A stretch of 64,000 nucleotides of DNA from Raillietiella orientalis (GCA_036172245.1 JAYWIR010000004.1:6572001-6636000), one strand, 5' to 3'. Shown: positions 1 through 12,699, counted from the first letter of the stretch. Notes: generated from the sequence alone by a model not told the origin. Program-made: numbers and translations.

Positions 1-28
1 TTGATCATTGGCATGAGATTTGATGTAG

Positions 29-157
29 GCCTGGAATGCCAAGCCAGAACTCCGCCCATCTTTCAGTGAAACCTTAGCTTGGCTAGAAGCTATGCAGAGT
101 TCTATTGTTGATGCACCTCTTGTTCCAAACTCATCCCCTATGCTCCCTGATCTATGA
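29..157 (+). CDS. Terminal exon of a protein kinase (TKL/tyrosine-kinase-like subdomain XI); the rest of the gene lies upstream of the window
   Basis: After an acceptor TAG (26-28) the frame reads AWNAKPELRPSFSETLAWLEAMQ...PDL*, with TGA at 155-157. W-x3-P-x2-RPSF-x6-LE is the characteristic C-terminal motif of TKL/TK kinases. The family member cannot be identified from one exon. Confidence 0.7.
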   Translation, partial: AWNAKPELRPSFSETLAWLEAMQSSIVDAPLVPNSSPMLPDL

Positions 158-284
158 TAAATATCTATTTTCCAAACAGAAGCATTTCATTTTTTGCTGG
201 TGGAAGGCATTGGCTGACTGGCAACCACCAAGGGGCATCATAAATCAGGGTTTTGATAACTAAAAAGGCATTTAGGACAGCAAC

Positions 285-1530
285 ATGGTACCACTGTCTA
301 ATCTTAGGATTTTGAGCCAAACAGCGTTCACAACTGCTTTTGTAAACTTTGTGTCACAGCGTTATTTTAAGTCACATCCATATAATATTTGTGAAGATTA
401 TAATCGACACTCGAAAATCTTGAAAGTTCTAAAGGAAACATTAATTTACAATAATTGTAAGTGCTTGGTATTATGAAGATACACCAGGGCTTTGTGTAGA
501 TGGTCTAGTGGTTCTCAACAAGCCTTATGGGTTGCAAAAATGTAAGCAAAAAAATTTAGCCACACAGAAGCAGACATCCATGCTTCTGGGACCTGCTATA
601 AATCCAACTTTAAGTTTAGAGGGTTGCCTTTCCGAACTATGTGACAGCTTGAATTTGGATCACCTGTCAATACTTAAGATGCCTGATAGGTAATAGTAAT
701 TACAACTCATGTTTCTATGCACCCACTTCAGATATAGTAGTGGGGTAACGTTATTGCAGTCTATGCAAGAAAGTCATCCAATTGAAAAAGCAATGAAGAG
801 AGCACATCTAACCCCATACCAGCACTATTGGTTAATTACAACTGGAATACCAACTCCAAATGAGTTACAGGAAAAAATAGGCCTCTCTCTCCACTCAGTT
901 CAGCATTATGATGAGTCACATTTGGAAGTAAAGAGACCTCATTAGTTCTTCAGATAATGTTTCTTCAGCCAGTTATTATAACAGATTATTCCAAAGCTGC
1001 AGTCAAGAGAAAGGCAGTTAAACCCATCCAAGTATCTTATCAGACATTAGTTCACAATGCAGATCTCAATGTATCTTTGGTACTCCTCTGCTGCAGCAAT
1101 GCAAAAGCACATTTCATACGTGCTTACATGGCACATAAGCTCTCACCAGTACTTGGTGATCATTTGTTTTCCAGCCGAGTGCATCATGTCCTAGGAAAAG
1201 AAGTAGCTATAGCTCCTGAGTGTATTCCCCATAGACAGATGCAGGTAAGCATAACAAAGCAATTTGAGATCAGAACATTATCCTTTCTAGAGAATATCCC
1301 CTAAACTCGCACTGAAATTAAAAATTCCTGCAGCAGATAGCATAAGGATTCCTGCCCACATTCATTTGTTTGAAGTAGTCTTACCCAAGTTTATTGATAA
1401 GCAATTAACTCTAACTGCTTCTCCACCTTTTCACTTCTGCTGGACATTGGAAGTTCTTGAATTAAAATCTAAGGATGAAATACAAGCCATGTTAGAACAT
1501 AATCCAATAAATGAACAAAAAAAAATATAA
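285..1530 (+). CDS. Mitochondrial RluA-family RNA pseudouridine synthase (RPUSD3/RPUSD4-like); exons 285-456, 500-689, 732-927, 969-1244, 1291-1530
   Basis: Four GT-AG introns of 43, 42, 41 and 46 nt join into one frame. It carries RluA-type motifs: GLVVLNKPYGL, MPDRYSSGVTLL, YWLITTGIP, HFIRAYMAHKLSPVLGDHLF and IPAHIHL...TASPPFHF. The N-terminus resembles a mitochondrial presequence (inference). Confidence 0.88.
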
Positions 1531-1552
1531 GTGAAATAAAGAATAAATTTTA

Positions 1553-2434
1553 TTAAGCTGCTTCCATTGCTTCATCTTCAGACTCATGTATTTCTACTAC
1601 ATGTTCTTCTTTTACACGAGCAGCTGCAGGTTTTATTAGTGATAAGCCACGTTCAATTTCTTTAAGATCTTTCAATTTTTGCAATTGTTTTCCTTTTTTC
1701 AGTCGATTGCGGATGAAAAGTGACTGCCTACGGTTTTTTATTGCCTCTATCCTTTTCATAGCTTCAACTAATATAAAAATGTAAAGGTATAAACATATAC
1801 ACAAGAAGCAATAAAGCAAGAGGCTTACTTGATTTATTCCACAATTCTCTATCATATTTTATGGGTATATTCCTTTTCTTTTCGAATTCAAACACTGGAT
1901 CAATTGCAAGATCTTTACCAGCTGCTTTTCGAAATGCTTTTGTCCATTTGGTCTTCCTTGGATTCCTTTTCTTCTTGAAATTCTTATGGCATTTTGATCT
2001 ACAGAATCTAAATACCTGAATCGAATTTATTATAATAATGGAAAAACAATTAACTAATCATACAAAAGAGAAACTGGAAGTTTTTGTAGCTAAGCAGCAA
2101 GCAAATTATTAATTAGCAGTAAATATATTGAAACATCAAAAACACAAATTTTTGAATATAATTTAACAATCTTATTTTGGGAAGGATTAATCTTTAGAAT
2201 TGACTGTCCAAAATTCATTCGTGCCTAATGTAAACCGAACCAAATTAGACATGCTAGTTTATTTCTAAAATTTTGGCTAAAAAATTTTTTTTGTTTGCAA
2301 TTACAATTACAATATGCTTTTTTCGATTCTCAATTACATAAACAATCACCTGCCTTGCAGTCGTTTCTTACAAAAGCAATTCCATGTCCGGGATAGATCG
2401 TTGAAGAACAAAAATAGCACTTTTCTAATCTCAT
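1553..2434 (-). CDS. RSL24D1: Ribosome biogenesis protein RLP24 (RSL24D1); exons 2434-2354, 2015-1829, 1767-1553
   Basis: The spliced product reads [57 protein letters not shown]...[15 protein letters not shown], the L24e/RLP24 signature. Intron 1 requires a GC donor (AAG|GCAGGT). Intron 2 is GT-AG, 61 nt. Confidence 0.97.
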
Positions 2435-2439
2435 CACCG

Positions 2440-2800
2440 TTTAGTTACACACTTTTGTTTTTCTCTTCATCTAAATTGGATAAAAAATAAATTTGGTTCT
2501 CCGTAAACACCAATTCCTTGAAAGGCTATCTTAAGCCCGAGAACACAAGTTATGGTGGTAAGGATGTTTAGATGTTAAACGCATATTTTCCATGTGGATT
2601 AGAGGAAATGCACTGCGCTGCACGCACCTTACATTAGCCGTCTCATCACCGACAACTATTGCCATCTTGTTTACGCAGACACACTACTCCATGTGGGGAC
2701 GTGCATGGCCCTAAAGACCGTTCAATTTCCTCAGTAGGTCTAACTTTAAAAACCAAGTAATCGATTACTCACGAGAATTTCTAATCACAAAATCAAAGCT
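2440..2800 (-). promoter_or_regulatory. Probable RSL24D1 promoter/5' region (locally CpG-rich)
   Basis: CpG dinucleotides cluster here, immediately upstream of the ATG, whereas the neighbouring gene bodies are CpG-poor. A YY1-like GCCATCTT motif lies at about 2661. The TSS cannot be determined from sequence. Confidence 0.35.
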
Positions 2801-4479
2801 TATGAAAATTAAAAGAAATGTACTTACTGCTGCATTTATATTTCTATATTTATATGATACGTAGTTTCAGATCTCTGAAATGTAATCGTGCCTTAGGATT
2901 ACAGCACGTTTATTATGCAACAAGTGCAATATAATTGTATCAATAATTCCACCAACTGAAAATGAAGTTCCAAATGTTTTATTGATAGCATTTTTTTAAT
3001 TCCTTTCTCTCAATTACTAGTATTAGATTACAAATCAGATTATTAACTGATGTATTCATGAAACTCGACTGGGCATTTAGAAATATTGGTATATAATATC
3101 CAAATCAAGAAATTGGATTTTTGTGACAGGAATTGAGGTTCACATTTTTTTTTCTTCAGAAAAACATTAACAGAAAGTATAAAGGTGTTTATTTAATTTG
3201 CAAGCTCCATCGTCTTACTCGTAAAAACTTCGATGCATTAGCCATGCTTTATAAAGGCAACTCTACTACAGAGAGTGGCTGATATTTGTCTAACATCTCA
3301 GCAATTCCATCTACTCCAGTGCTCTGAAGCACGTGATGTAGTAGAACCTTTGGTAATCTACAAGTGTGATTAAGTGTCATTAGAAGTAATCTCTTTAAAT
3401 GCCAAATGTTAAAACATGTTTTTTTTTTTCCTTTCGTCTTCTTTACTGAATAAAATTCTGATGACTGAGTAAAATAGCGTAACATGAACTGCAAACTGTA
3501 TTCCTAAAGCAAGTATTTAATACTTCTGAAGAGTATTCTTTAAGAATAAATAATCGTGGCGCTCGTAGCTCCACACAGCTTTCTGATGTTTCAGTAGTTT
3601 CAAATAATGAATTTCAAAAATCAAAATATTTTGGTTTTGTATATTTCGTGATTTAAGGATTAAGGAAAACAAATTAAATGTTTCTCTTTAACAGAGCTCA
3701 GGAACACAGTTTAAATAATAGATCTCTATGGATTACTCGAATTGTAAATTTATAATTTAGTTTTTCAGAGCCTGACCTTAATTTTGAAAAATGCAAAAAG
3801 TCCTACTTTTATAATGCAATAAGCTTTTCTTACTTAGTAATTATGATCATATAAGTAATCTTTATCTTTGCAGCAGTAATTGAGCAAAATTATTGGATTG
3901 AATCTTGAAAATAGAAATATTCCTAAAGAAAAAATTTCCGTTTCTAAAATATTCAGAATCCTTGAAAGACATCAAAATTTTAATCCTAAACCTGACCCTA
4001 TTTCAGTACTACATGCAACCTGAATTCATAGTACTACGTAGTTATATTCCAATATCATATTTCCACATATGCAAATCGGAAGATTTCTTATGAACTACTA
4101 GATTATTATACTAAACTAAAAATTAAGTCTAATTTGAGCCAGGCAGCTTCAAAATGTATTCAGCTATCTTGCTATAGACGATAAAAAGTATTTCGAATAG
4201 CGATTGCTTTCATTTCCTAAAAGACCATGCAAAGATTTCATCACGTTTTTTTATGTGCTCATTGCGTCGATAAATCTATTTTTGTGTCTTCAATCGCAAA
4301 TATTTTAATTATTTGGTACCCTAAGATCTTAAATGACCTTAAAAAATATATCATTAGATATATGATGCCCCGATATTAAAAGCTTAATAAATTCATGCAA
4401 AAGAAATCAAGCAAGAGATCCATGTATGAAAAATGTTTCAGGAAGATCTATACAGCTGACCAGTAGGTGTCTTCACGCA

Positions 4480-5120
4480 CCATGAAACTATGGGAATGAA
4501 GTTTCTAAGTCTGGAATAGAGGAAATGAACAATGATCCATAAATTTATCTCAAACTGTATACTCAGATATCATTAGAGAATTATGCAAACAGACGCGTAT
4601 TGGAAACATTGAACAAGGATGTAGTCAAAGTTCCAGTGGAAAACTCGAAAGACTCATAACATCCTCAAGGGACTTACCTGGTCGACGCTGGGATATGAAT
4701 GACAAAGCAGAAACCTTTGTGAGTTTAGTACGACAAGTACTAGAAAGTAATAACTTACAAAAGACAGTTACATGTTCAGGGCTGAAAAATGCTTAAATGA
4801 TCGTTCAAGACTCATCTCCTAGAACCAAAAAACAATTGGTAAGGATACAAAAGAAATAAACATACATGCTCCAGGTTCATGACATCTTTATGTCCTACCA
4901 AGATGAAAGGAGGCTGGAAATGAGATTGGATGATAAATTCTTGTGTTCTAAGAAATAGAGTATTTAATACTATGTTATCCAAACAGTTTGCGTAAAGATG
5001 TAAATAAAATTAAACAGTTCAGAATGGCTACTTGTGACTGCTTTACTCTACACAAAGCATTGTACTTTGTACAGATTGGAGTGGCTGGTCATAGTAATGA
5101 ATCAATTGAAAAATTTCAAT
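4480..5120 (+). mobile_element. Decayed Ty3/Gypsy integrase fragment
   Basis: Degenerate motifs occur in order across frameshifts: IHKFISNC (H2C2 region), GTYLVDAG (~4675; cf. YLVxVD), IVQDSSPR (~4800; cf. IVSDNGPQF) and TALLYTKH (cf. ALLxYR). Confidence 0.4.
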
Positions 5121-6538
5121 GAATGCTCAAAGAAAACTATCAAAGAGGTTGTTGAAATAAACGAACAATTGCCAGCATTATTTGCAAGAATTTACATCTC
5201 AGTGAGGAGCTCAGGGATCTCGGAAGACAGCTTAACTTCTGCCTGTTAAGCATGAGGAAAAACATTTTAAGCATAATTTGCGTACCATTCTGAGACAAGG
5301 TTGTAAAGGCTATTTAGAAAGTCATCCATGTAGTAGGAAGCTAGTAAAACATTAACTTTTTGAGCACACTTTTTTTTATATGCCATGCTTTAGCTGAAGA
5401 AATATTCTGAACTTTTGACTTGAGACATAGCTTAATGTAAACCAAGTTAAGTCATTTTATAAAAATTAAAGAATTATCTGTGAATATTAAAATAATTCTG
5501 TGTTTGCCAGTGCATCTCCATTTTTAGAACCCCTGAATCACACACACATCATGGCACTGAAGATTTCATATCTACATTGAGGCTTTGGCAAGTTATCAAG
5601 TGCATACCAAATGGGAAAGTCAATAATAAAGGAATCCATTGGTGACCTTGATAGTGAAAGCCATGAATCATGCATGAAAGAAGTTCAATCTGAGTTTATC
5701 AATGACTTGTGGAGTTTTGTAAACAATCCCCAAATTTCAATGTTGCATTATCTATCATCTTTGAAGGGGAAGTTGGCTTTGGAAACAGAGCTGCTCACAC
5801 GTCTGGAATGATGAGGATGCCATGAAGATGAAACTGCAAAATCAAATAAAGGGAGGGGGAAATACCATGGAAACAGTTTCTAAGAATACTGACAAATAAA
5901 TCATATTTAATCCTAAACACATGTTGTGAATGCATGATTTCATATAATCACTGATACATGACTAAATTAATCATTTTCAAAAGTTCTAAATAATACTCAT
6001 TGTATGCTGTTGACTGCACCATACTTTTCAAGGTTGATTGTGGAATCTCCTGCTTATCCCTGTTTTCTGACTATGGACACACCATCGGATAGTCTGAACT
6101 GTACTAGTTTTGGGGAAGAATCAGATATGTTTAGCATCACTTTAATTAACAATGACCTTTTGAAGAACAACTAATTTGTATAATAGCAAGTTGTATGTAC
6201 TTTAATGCATGAAATGAACTACAATGCACAATGAGCATTAAAATTGCATTTGGTTCCAAAAAAGACTTGTACACATGTTATGTTACGGTTTTCATCTATT
6301 TATTTGTTCCGTAATTCAGAAGCTACAATCAAACTTTGAAAATATAACAGAAAACACAAATATCTATTACAAAACGAATAATTTTAATAGCTATTACAAG
6401 CTGTGTTTTTGTTATATGCCTTGCTTTTTAAAATATTCTTTAGATTTTATGGTGAGAATCGCATTTTTTGGTTTGGTGGTTTGATGAAGTGGACATGTGA
6501 AATCTTCATGACATAAATTTAAAGATTGGAGTTTGCGA

Positions 6539-7775
6539 TCAGAGTTTGGAATTGTGATCAACATGTGTTTGATTCAGAGGATTCTGTGAAGACTTTAACC
6601 ATTCTTTCTTCAACAACTGCTTCACTTGTGATAGTCTCAGTGTAGGATTATCCAGCTTAAGACGAGGCAAATGAAGTGCCTCAAATTCAAGATAAGCAGC
6701 CTTCACTCTCTTCTCAGGATGACGGTCTGCCTTTTCAGTACTGCTAAAAATGGGATCATATTGAAAATAAAAATAAAATTCTTAAACATATCAGTTACTC
6801 CAACAATATATTCAAAAATCCTTGCTTAAGATTTGAGCAAAGTCTTTCCATTTTTACACTTTCTAGAAATCCTGATCTCATACATCTAATGCAAATCATT
6901 ATTTTAAAAAGGAACTTTAAGAATTCATCAGAACTGCTATTACTGAAAGCAATTTGTGTTCTGAATGATAAAAGATCAAGCAGGCATTTACTTTGGTTGT
7001 TTAATGTTTTCATCTAAACAGATATGGTAAAGTTCCTACGTTCTTTTTCAATTTTTCTTTCAAAAATAATGAATAATCACTTTTTTATATTAATTACACA
7101 ATAAATTGATAGCAACTTTACATATTTGAAAACAAGATGATTTCTAAATAAGTTTTACAGTATGCAACAAAATGTCTATTAATTCTGGTGCATTGAGCTC
7201 ATGAGCAAAATAATATCCCATACCTCAAAATTGAGATGGCTTCATCAACAGATCGAGCTACTTCACCATCTATATGTAATCTATTCAGATTTTCTTCTAA
7301 TGGTGCAGTAAGATGGGTAAATTCTTGGACTGGTTTAGCATTTTGGTTGTCATGCACTTTCTGACACACATTAACCCTTAAAAGCAATTGACTTGCATAC
7401 CTGAAGTTCATATCTTGTCAATTTGGAGGAACTCTGTTTTGAAGTCATTGTTTCTTGTTCAAGAAGAGTCCTTAACATTTCTTTTTTATCAGACTGTTCT
7501 TGTTTTTTGCGCTCTTTTTCCTCCTAAGGATAGCTTATGTTATCTTAATATGCAAAGCTTTTCATTCAATTGAAGCCACATTGAAGAAATTTAAACAAAA
7601 TCCCTTGTAAATTAACCTTCTTTTGTTGTTTCCTAAGAACATGTTTATCATTATCTTGCCAGTATTCATCTTCTTTCTGCTGCTGTGCTTTTAAAGATTC
7701 TGCTTGTTTTGCTGCTAGCTTTTTTGCTTTTGCCTGAGCTGCTTTAGAATTTTCTCCAGCCCACTTTTTTGGCAT
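6539..7775 (-). CDS. CCDC124: Coiled-coil domain-containing protein 124 (Lso2/Oxs1 family); exons 7775-7617, 7523-7401, 7360-7224, 6743-6539
   Basis: The spliced frame reads MPKKWAGENSKAAQAKAKK...EDEYWQDNDK...LEENLNR...ARSVDEAISIL...DRHPEKRVKAAYLEFE...LRLSQVKQLLKKEWLKSSQNPLNQ. All introns are GT-AG. The last acceptor is a TAG-CAG NAGNAG. Confidence 0.95.
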
Positions 7776-8089
7776 TATTATGAAACACGTTATCCTAACA
7801 CTGTAATTATAGAAACGGAAAATATAATCGTCCACACTGAAATAAGCAGTGATTTTTAAAATGACTTGCAATACGAACTAAAATCTAGTAAACCGAAATA
7901 AAAATTATTTCAATAAAATTCAAGTATTCTTAAAAGAATAGATAAGCTGGGCTTCTCAAGAAAGGAATTTACGCTTGAAAATAAACTAACCAAATTTAAT
8001 TTTTTTGTCCGTTTTTGAAGACATTTTTGTTTTGTACAACCTAATTCGGTTTAAACTGCGTGGAATTAACTGAAGTTTAATTAATGAAC

Positions 8090-10800
8090 CACAGAGCTAT
8101 AAAAATCTTTGTGACAGTCGTTCCATCCTTGTTTTGCTTGCTGTCTGCTCAGGCTGAAGCTGCGTCTGCATCCAACCGCGATCGTTACCGACCTGCACCT
8201 TAGAGAAGTTCACGGAACAAGTAATGGTCAAACGCGTGGCCCAAAGCATTAGGAATTCTATAATGATCACATAAGTAACCACATTCATAATTCCAGATTT
8301 CTGTTGTTGGCTTAACTTGTGGAGATTCAGGTTTCAAAGTGTTCAGATTCTCGGATGCGTGTAAACGGAGAACACGATCCTCGTCACTGTTTTTAATACC
8401 CTATGTTTTGTGTTTGATCACATAACCAATCTGTTCGAGTCACATCCCATATCAAAATATGTGCATGCACATCCAATGTGTGAATATTGGATTTCATAAA
8501 TTTGAGTAATACGTTATTACGATTTTGCTTAATTGGTAGCAAAACGTTCATTTTGTTATGAGAGCGTGAAATGTTCCAGTCTGATAAGTTTTTGAAGGTA
8601 ATTTTACAGTGCCGTGATTCTGGTGCTGAGCTACGTGAGCTATCGTCTTTTCTTTTCTTTTCTTATCTTGCTTGTTCGCTTTCAGTGAACTGCTTTAGAT
8701 ATGCTCTGTTTTTCAGCAAGTGATCATCAGTGATTAAAAAGAAAATCAGACATGCTTCAATGTATTCCGTTGCTACACCACACGAGCCGATTACAGGGGA
8801 AAAGATTATCAAAATAGAAGCATAAAACCGGCTCGTTGATTTGGATACGTCTGATGTAACACGATTCATTAGTTCAAAGAACAGAATTGGAAAACCTACT
8901 TATCCAAGCACGAATCTGTGTTGACCCCAGAATGTTTTACAACGCTGCATTCCCAAGCTCGAAGTGAATTGCTTGTCTGGTAAGTCGGTGATAGCCGATG
9001 ATCGCAGGTGTCTCATATGAAGCTGGGAAAACCAGTTTCTAAAAAATCGAAAGTGTGAATTGCATTCCTAATTATTCCATCCATAATTACGTAGAGTGAC
9101 GTAGAGTAATTTCCAGAAAAAAACAAAATCAAGGAAAGCATTCATTCTACAAGGGAGCAACAAGCAACGTTTCGCTTATCAGGGAAGATGTTTCTCCACC
9201 AAACGAAATGATTCTGAATGACAGGAAATTTGTGTATTCACTTGTAATGACAAACATTTGATACATTTTAAGGCTTTATGAAAGAAATTTCAAGCAAATA
9301 AGCGAAACTGAGCATCTTAAAAGCTTTAGTATGAGATATCAGAAATTGGTAAAGAGTGGATGGAAAACTTCAGACAGAAAATGATGAGCATTTGAAGTGA
9401 TGCAAGATTCATATAGCAGTTGACATTGTGCCAATACGTGGAGGAAATTGTGAAAGTATGAATGATGAGAGTGAAAGATAACTGTTACAACTCGTCGGTG
9501 ACCAAAATCTTCTTAAAGAAAGAAACTGTGGACCATGTATAAGGTGAGAACAAAGAAGAAGAGCAACCCTTGACTACTCAACTGTATCATTACTCGTGAC
9601 AGTTTTTCGCAGAAGACTTCTGCAAGCTTAAAAGCACTTTTCTTGTACTTCGATCGTTGAATGCAACATGGAATAAAACATGCCAGGCAAAGAAACAGAA
9701 AACTGAAGATAGACTGAAGAAACTAAAGATATTTGAAAAGATTGTCTATAATCTAACTGTCTATAATCTAATCTAATTGTCTATAATATAACTCTCTAAA
9801 CTTGACGTAAAACTCACTTTATTCGTTTTTTTCGTTAACGCCAGTAATATGTTTCGGCACATATATTTTCTGATAACTGGTGTATTTTGGTTTTCCTTGC
9901 AAACGGTTGTTATTATCATAAGAAGTCAACTCTATTGTTCTTCAAAGGTAATCCAGATATGCAGGCCCCTTCTAACTTCCAAGGGAGCATTAAGTATCTC
10001 ATGATTTCATTAAAGGGAAGTCATCTCTAAAAATTCAAGAATATTTTCTGAATGCATAAATAAAACTCAGGGAAGATTTTGAAGTGTTAGAATTGATGTA
10101 TGGGACTTATGAATGCTCATTTCCATTTCGATGATTAACATTTTATTATCCAATAGAAGGCAATATGAAAGTAAAAGTCCAAAACGATGATAACATCAGC
10201 CTGCTTTGTTTACCCAAAATAAGCAGCAATTTGCTGAAACGTTTGGAGAAAAACAGAAGAAAAATTTGCAACGACTTTTCTTGATTATCTGAGATCGATT
10301 GTGGGACAGATATATTTAATACTCAAGAAACATAAAAGCTGCTTCAATAAAATTCATAAATATGCAATTTGACAAGTACCATATTCGAAGCACTGAGGCA
10401 AGCATATGTGCAGTCGATTGGTAATGAATTTCGATTTAAAAAATGGCAACCCATGAGTACATGTAATTCTTCATGTTGTATCCTTGTATAAATCATTCTT
10501 GTCCATACTTGATGATAATCCTTTTGACTGAAAAGTCTAACGAAGGAACGTTTCAAAAATAATATTGACACATGAATTGATATACCAATACAAAACTTTA
10601 ATAAGTAATGCAGTCTTCAATTGCTTCACGTGGATGCAGAGTTTTGAAATATGTTTCCGTTGCTTATAAGTGCACTTTCAGAAACATAATAAAGATAATC
10701 ACATATTTGTGAGAAACCATCGATTTCAAAATGTGCAACATGTGGTTTGCAGTTCCGATACTAAAATTAAAAAAAAAAAGCATTCAGAGTATCACTTATT
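8090..10800 (-). mobile_element. Decayed Ty3/Gypsy pol (RT-RNase H-integrase), AT-rich
   Basis: Collinear motifs on the minus strand: IDGFSQICDY (KDG..C.DY), FSQKDYHQV, FLEY*IY (YLDD site), ILEFLEMT...APL, PGMFYSM (RNase H), HRLTRQAIHF (~8975; cf. DRLTKxAHF), RVTSDVSKSTSRF and a GPF-like tail. Confidence 0.7.
9743..9792. repeat. Short imperfect tandem repeat (TGTCTATAATCTAA-like unit, about 3 copies)
   Basis: Three copies of TGTCTATAAT are directly visible, with an extra CTAAT unit between copies 2 and 3. Confidence 0.75.
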
Positions 10801-11949
10801 TTTTGCAATGTTTTTCATTTCTCTGCATTTGTATGCCTTTCCAATGGAGTTATCACATAAGATATGATGAAGTTCAAATAGTTCCATGTTATTACAGTTT
10901 TTCTTGCAAATGTGTTAGGATTATTGCCTTTTTTCAGCCTACAATTTTTTAACTATAACCGTTCTGTTTCATAACATTCTATGAAGAAGCTGGTAAACTA
11001 GTTAGTAGCTGAGGGATTCTTCCTCACGTGGTCATGTTGCTAATTCTACATTTTAAAAACGATAGCTACATCAACTAACCACCTAGCTTATCCAACATTT
11101 TTCCGGGATGCATATGTGTTTGAATTGAAGAGTGTTTTCTTCAGAAAAATGATGATTCTAGTCTTTTAAGGACATAATGGTACATTCGTAATAATTTCTA
11201 GGGTTTCTACTTGCAATCTGGGAAGTTTTCAGCAATGACTTGTATGCTCTGAAGAATAAGCGGTAGCTTTCTACAGCTAGTTTACAATTTAGAGTAAGAA
11301 AAGATAAAGCACCTATCGTTTGTGAAGCTTTCTGGCTGGAATACCACGTGGCTAGTAAAACAAGGAATAAAAAATGGCAATATTTATCAGACAAAGTGAA
11401 TGATTCTTGAATGTATTATTAAAAAATGCAACTTGCAGCTTGAGGCTTGTGGTGGCCCGGATGATTCAACTGCAATGAATTTTCAGATTATCGTCGTTAC
11501 CAAAGTTTCCAAATATTCCTGTCTGTTTGTAGAACAAGGTTAGTTTAATTTTCCCTTGGGATGTTTTTTTTTGGCTTTTAAGCTATCTGCAAGTTTGAAT
11601 CAGTTTGTCTGTTTTACTTCTCAGTTAGAGTCTTTCCTTTTTTATATGATGAATCGAATTGCAATTTTGATTTCCCTCCAGCTGTTCCTTAAAGAAGCTG
11701 CTCACTTAATGAGTATCCCTGAAGTCATTTCTCCGAGAATATTGGAAAATCATACTTTCTTTTCTGTCCGTTTTCATTAAAAATTCCTCAGAATTTCCAT
11801 TGGAAGTATTCTATTTAAGGTCCAACAGCTATCTCTATATAATGTGAATTACATTTTCGTTAATGTAGAATTCTGTTATTCAGTAGAGTCTGTTTCGATC
11901 TTCAATGAGCTGTCAGAAACGGAAGATTCCTTCAAAAACAGGAGAACAA

Positions 11950-12400
11950 CTAACTGCTGGAAAATTTATCGAAGAAAGGTATGAAAAGAACTTATTGCTT
12001 TACGCAAATACGAATCCATGGATTTCTTGAGGATGTATTTTGCTGCAGCTGAAAGTTGTACATTGCCTTGTTAATTTCTTCCAGAATAATGTGAACTTTT
12101 TTCAAAGAATCTTTTGTGGTGTTATTGATTTCTTCAGTTTTTGCAAAATACTGAGGATTCCTATCAATGTGGCAAATTTGTTTTCGAAATTCTCCTAGCT
12201 GTTCTAAAAAAAAAAGTAGAAAACAAACCAAAACACCTTTTAGGGCTGTTGGTGAGTAAATAATTGGCATATCTTCTCTAAATTGTACTTTTTTATAGCC
12301 ACTTTGATGTAAGCATCAAAAGAACGGATCTGTTCATCCGTGAAATTTATTTTCCAGTAATGTTTACAGTTCCTTCACTATTTGATCGTGGAAAGTTCCC
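11950..12400 (-). mobile_element. Decayed Gypsy integrase core fragment
   Basis: NFTDEQIRSF is followed by ICHIDRNPQYFAKTEEINNTTKDSLKK (cf. GIxHxTSSPxYPQSNGxAERxVxTxKxxLKK). Confidence 0.4.
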
Positions 12401-12699
12401 TTTTTGCTTTTTAAGGAATTGTCACCGTTCTAGCTTGTTTCCTAAGAGCAAATCTATGAACAACAGCAACAACAACAACAAACAAAACTTTGATGCTAAC
12501 ATCAACAAGATAAATCAGGACAAATAGCAAAATATCATAATACATATAAAAAGAAGACTTCGAACAACTGCAACCCAAACCAAATTCAAATCAGAATTGA
12601 AATTCAGCTGAAAGCAAAGGTTTACTTCTAAGATACTGCAGACAACTTTGGCGCTACGAGTTTTAGACCTCAATCATAAGATGCTAACTGCAACGGAAA

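Noticed and set aside
4950..5250. hAT/ZMYM1-like transposase remnant (VAGHSNES)
   Set aside because: Weak match; the surrounding motifs fit a Gypsy integrase better.
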